From contig NC_091472.1 in NCBI RefSeq assembly GCF_036971445.1, forward strand, positions 313,906,001 to 313,970,000: a DNA stretch of 64,000 bases, written 5' to 3'. A program made the translations under genes and the position numbers. Source of the DNA: Narcine bancroftii. Its lineage: Eukaryota. Under the pieces are notes generated by a model that was given only the letters and a program-made list of their open reading frames with translations, had not been told where the DNA came from and searched no databases. This document shows positions 63,290 to 64,000 of this stretch, piece by piece. Numbering within the stretch: the stretch's first letter is position 1; each line of letters begins with the position of its first letter.

Positions 63290-63985
63290 GGCATTTAGAA
63301 GCAGAAAGATCTAGGAATAACGGTTCATCGTTCCCTGAAGGTAGAATCTCATGTGGATAGGGTGGTGCAGAAGGATTTTAGTATGGTGGCCTTTATAAAT
63401 CAAAGCACAGAATACAGGATTTGGGAAGTGACGTTGAGACTGTTCAAGGCATTGGTGAGGCCAAATTTGGAATACTGTGTGCAGTTCTGGTCCTCAAATT
63501 ATAGGAAGGATATCAACAAGGTAGAGAGATTTACGAAAATGTTTCCCTGGGTTTCGGAATCTAGATTACAAAGAAAGATTGAGCAGATTAGGTCTTTATT
63601 CCTTGGAGCTTAGAAGGTTGAGGGGGGATTTGATCGAGGTATTTAAGATTATGAGGGGGTTAGATAGAGTTGATGTGGATGGGCTTTTTCCCTTGAGGGC
63701 AGGAGAGATTGAAACAAGAGGTCATGAGTTAAGGGGCAAACATTTAGAAGTAACACGAGGGGGAACTTCTTCACTCAGAGAGTGGTGGCCTTGTGGAATG
63801 AGCTTCCGGGAGAAGTAGTGGCGGCAGGGTCAATCTTGTCATTTAAGGAAAAATTGGATAGGAGGGGAATGGGGGGTTATGGGCAGGGTGCAGATAGGTG
63901 GGACTAGAGGACTTGGTTCAGTGAGGGCGAGAAGGGCCGAGATGGCCTGTTTCCGTGCTGTAATTGTTATATGTTATATGGTCAT
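63290..63985 (+). mobile_element. CR1 3' fragment
   Basis: LVRPNLEYCVQFWS and LRGDLIEVFKIM, ending in a (gttatat)n tail. Confidence 0.78.
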
Positions 63986-64000
63986 GTACCATGTCTTGCT

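Overview
Eukaryotic, repeat-rich vertebrate DNA. The repeat complement (CR1, Rex/Babar, RTE, L1/Tx1, Penelope-type relics, tRNA-derived SINEs) suggests a cartilaginous fish, probably a ray (inference). The host genes I can support are two tandem + strand alpha-tubulins with the canonical vertebrate layout (ATG-only exon 1, then 223-nt, 149-nt and long terminal exons). Gene A (~8221-18865, 450 aa) is near-canonical: MREC start, K40, EEY tail. Gene B (~21008-41274, 447 aa) has an intact frame but departs at the main regulatory sites: MHEC start, W at position 40 in a rewritten luminal loop, and a short Glu-poor DLDEY tail. It also shares near-identical tracts with gene A in exon 4, which suggests gene conversion. 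Gene B intron 3 (12.7 kb) holds a nested CR1>L1>(CR1, RTE) stack. Other content: G4-type minisatellites behind both first exons, a candidate antisense first exon in gene A intron 1, a gag-pro-only class I ERV with a tRNA-Ser PBS, hammerhead-like motifs in Penelope-type repeats, MITEs, and a third CpG-island promoter near 60.4-61 kb with a 107-bp duplication. No prokaryote-type system is present. The most plausible novel biology is the divergent tubulin B.
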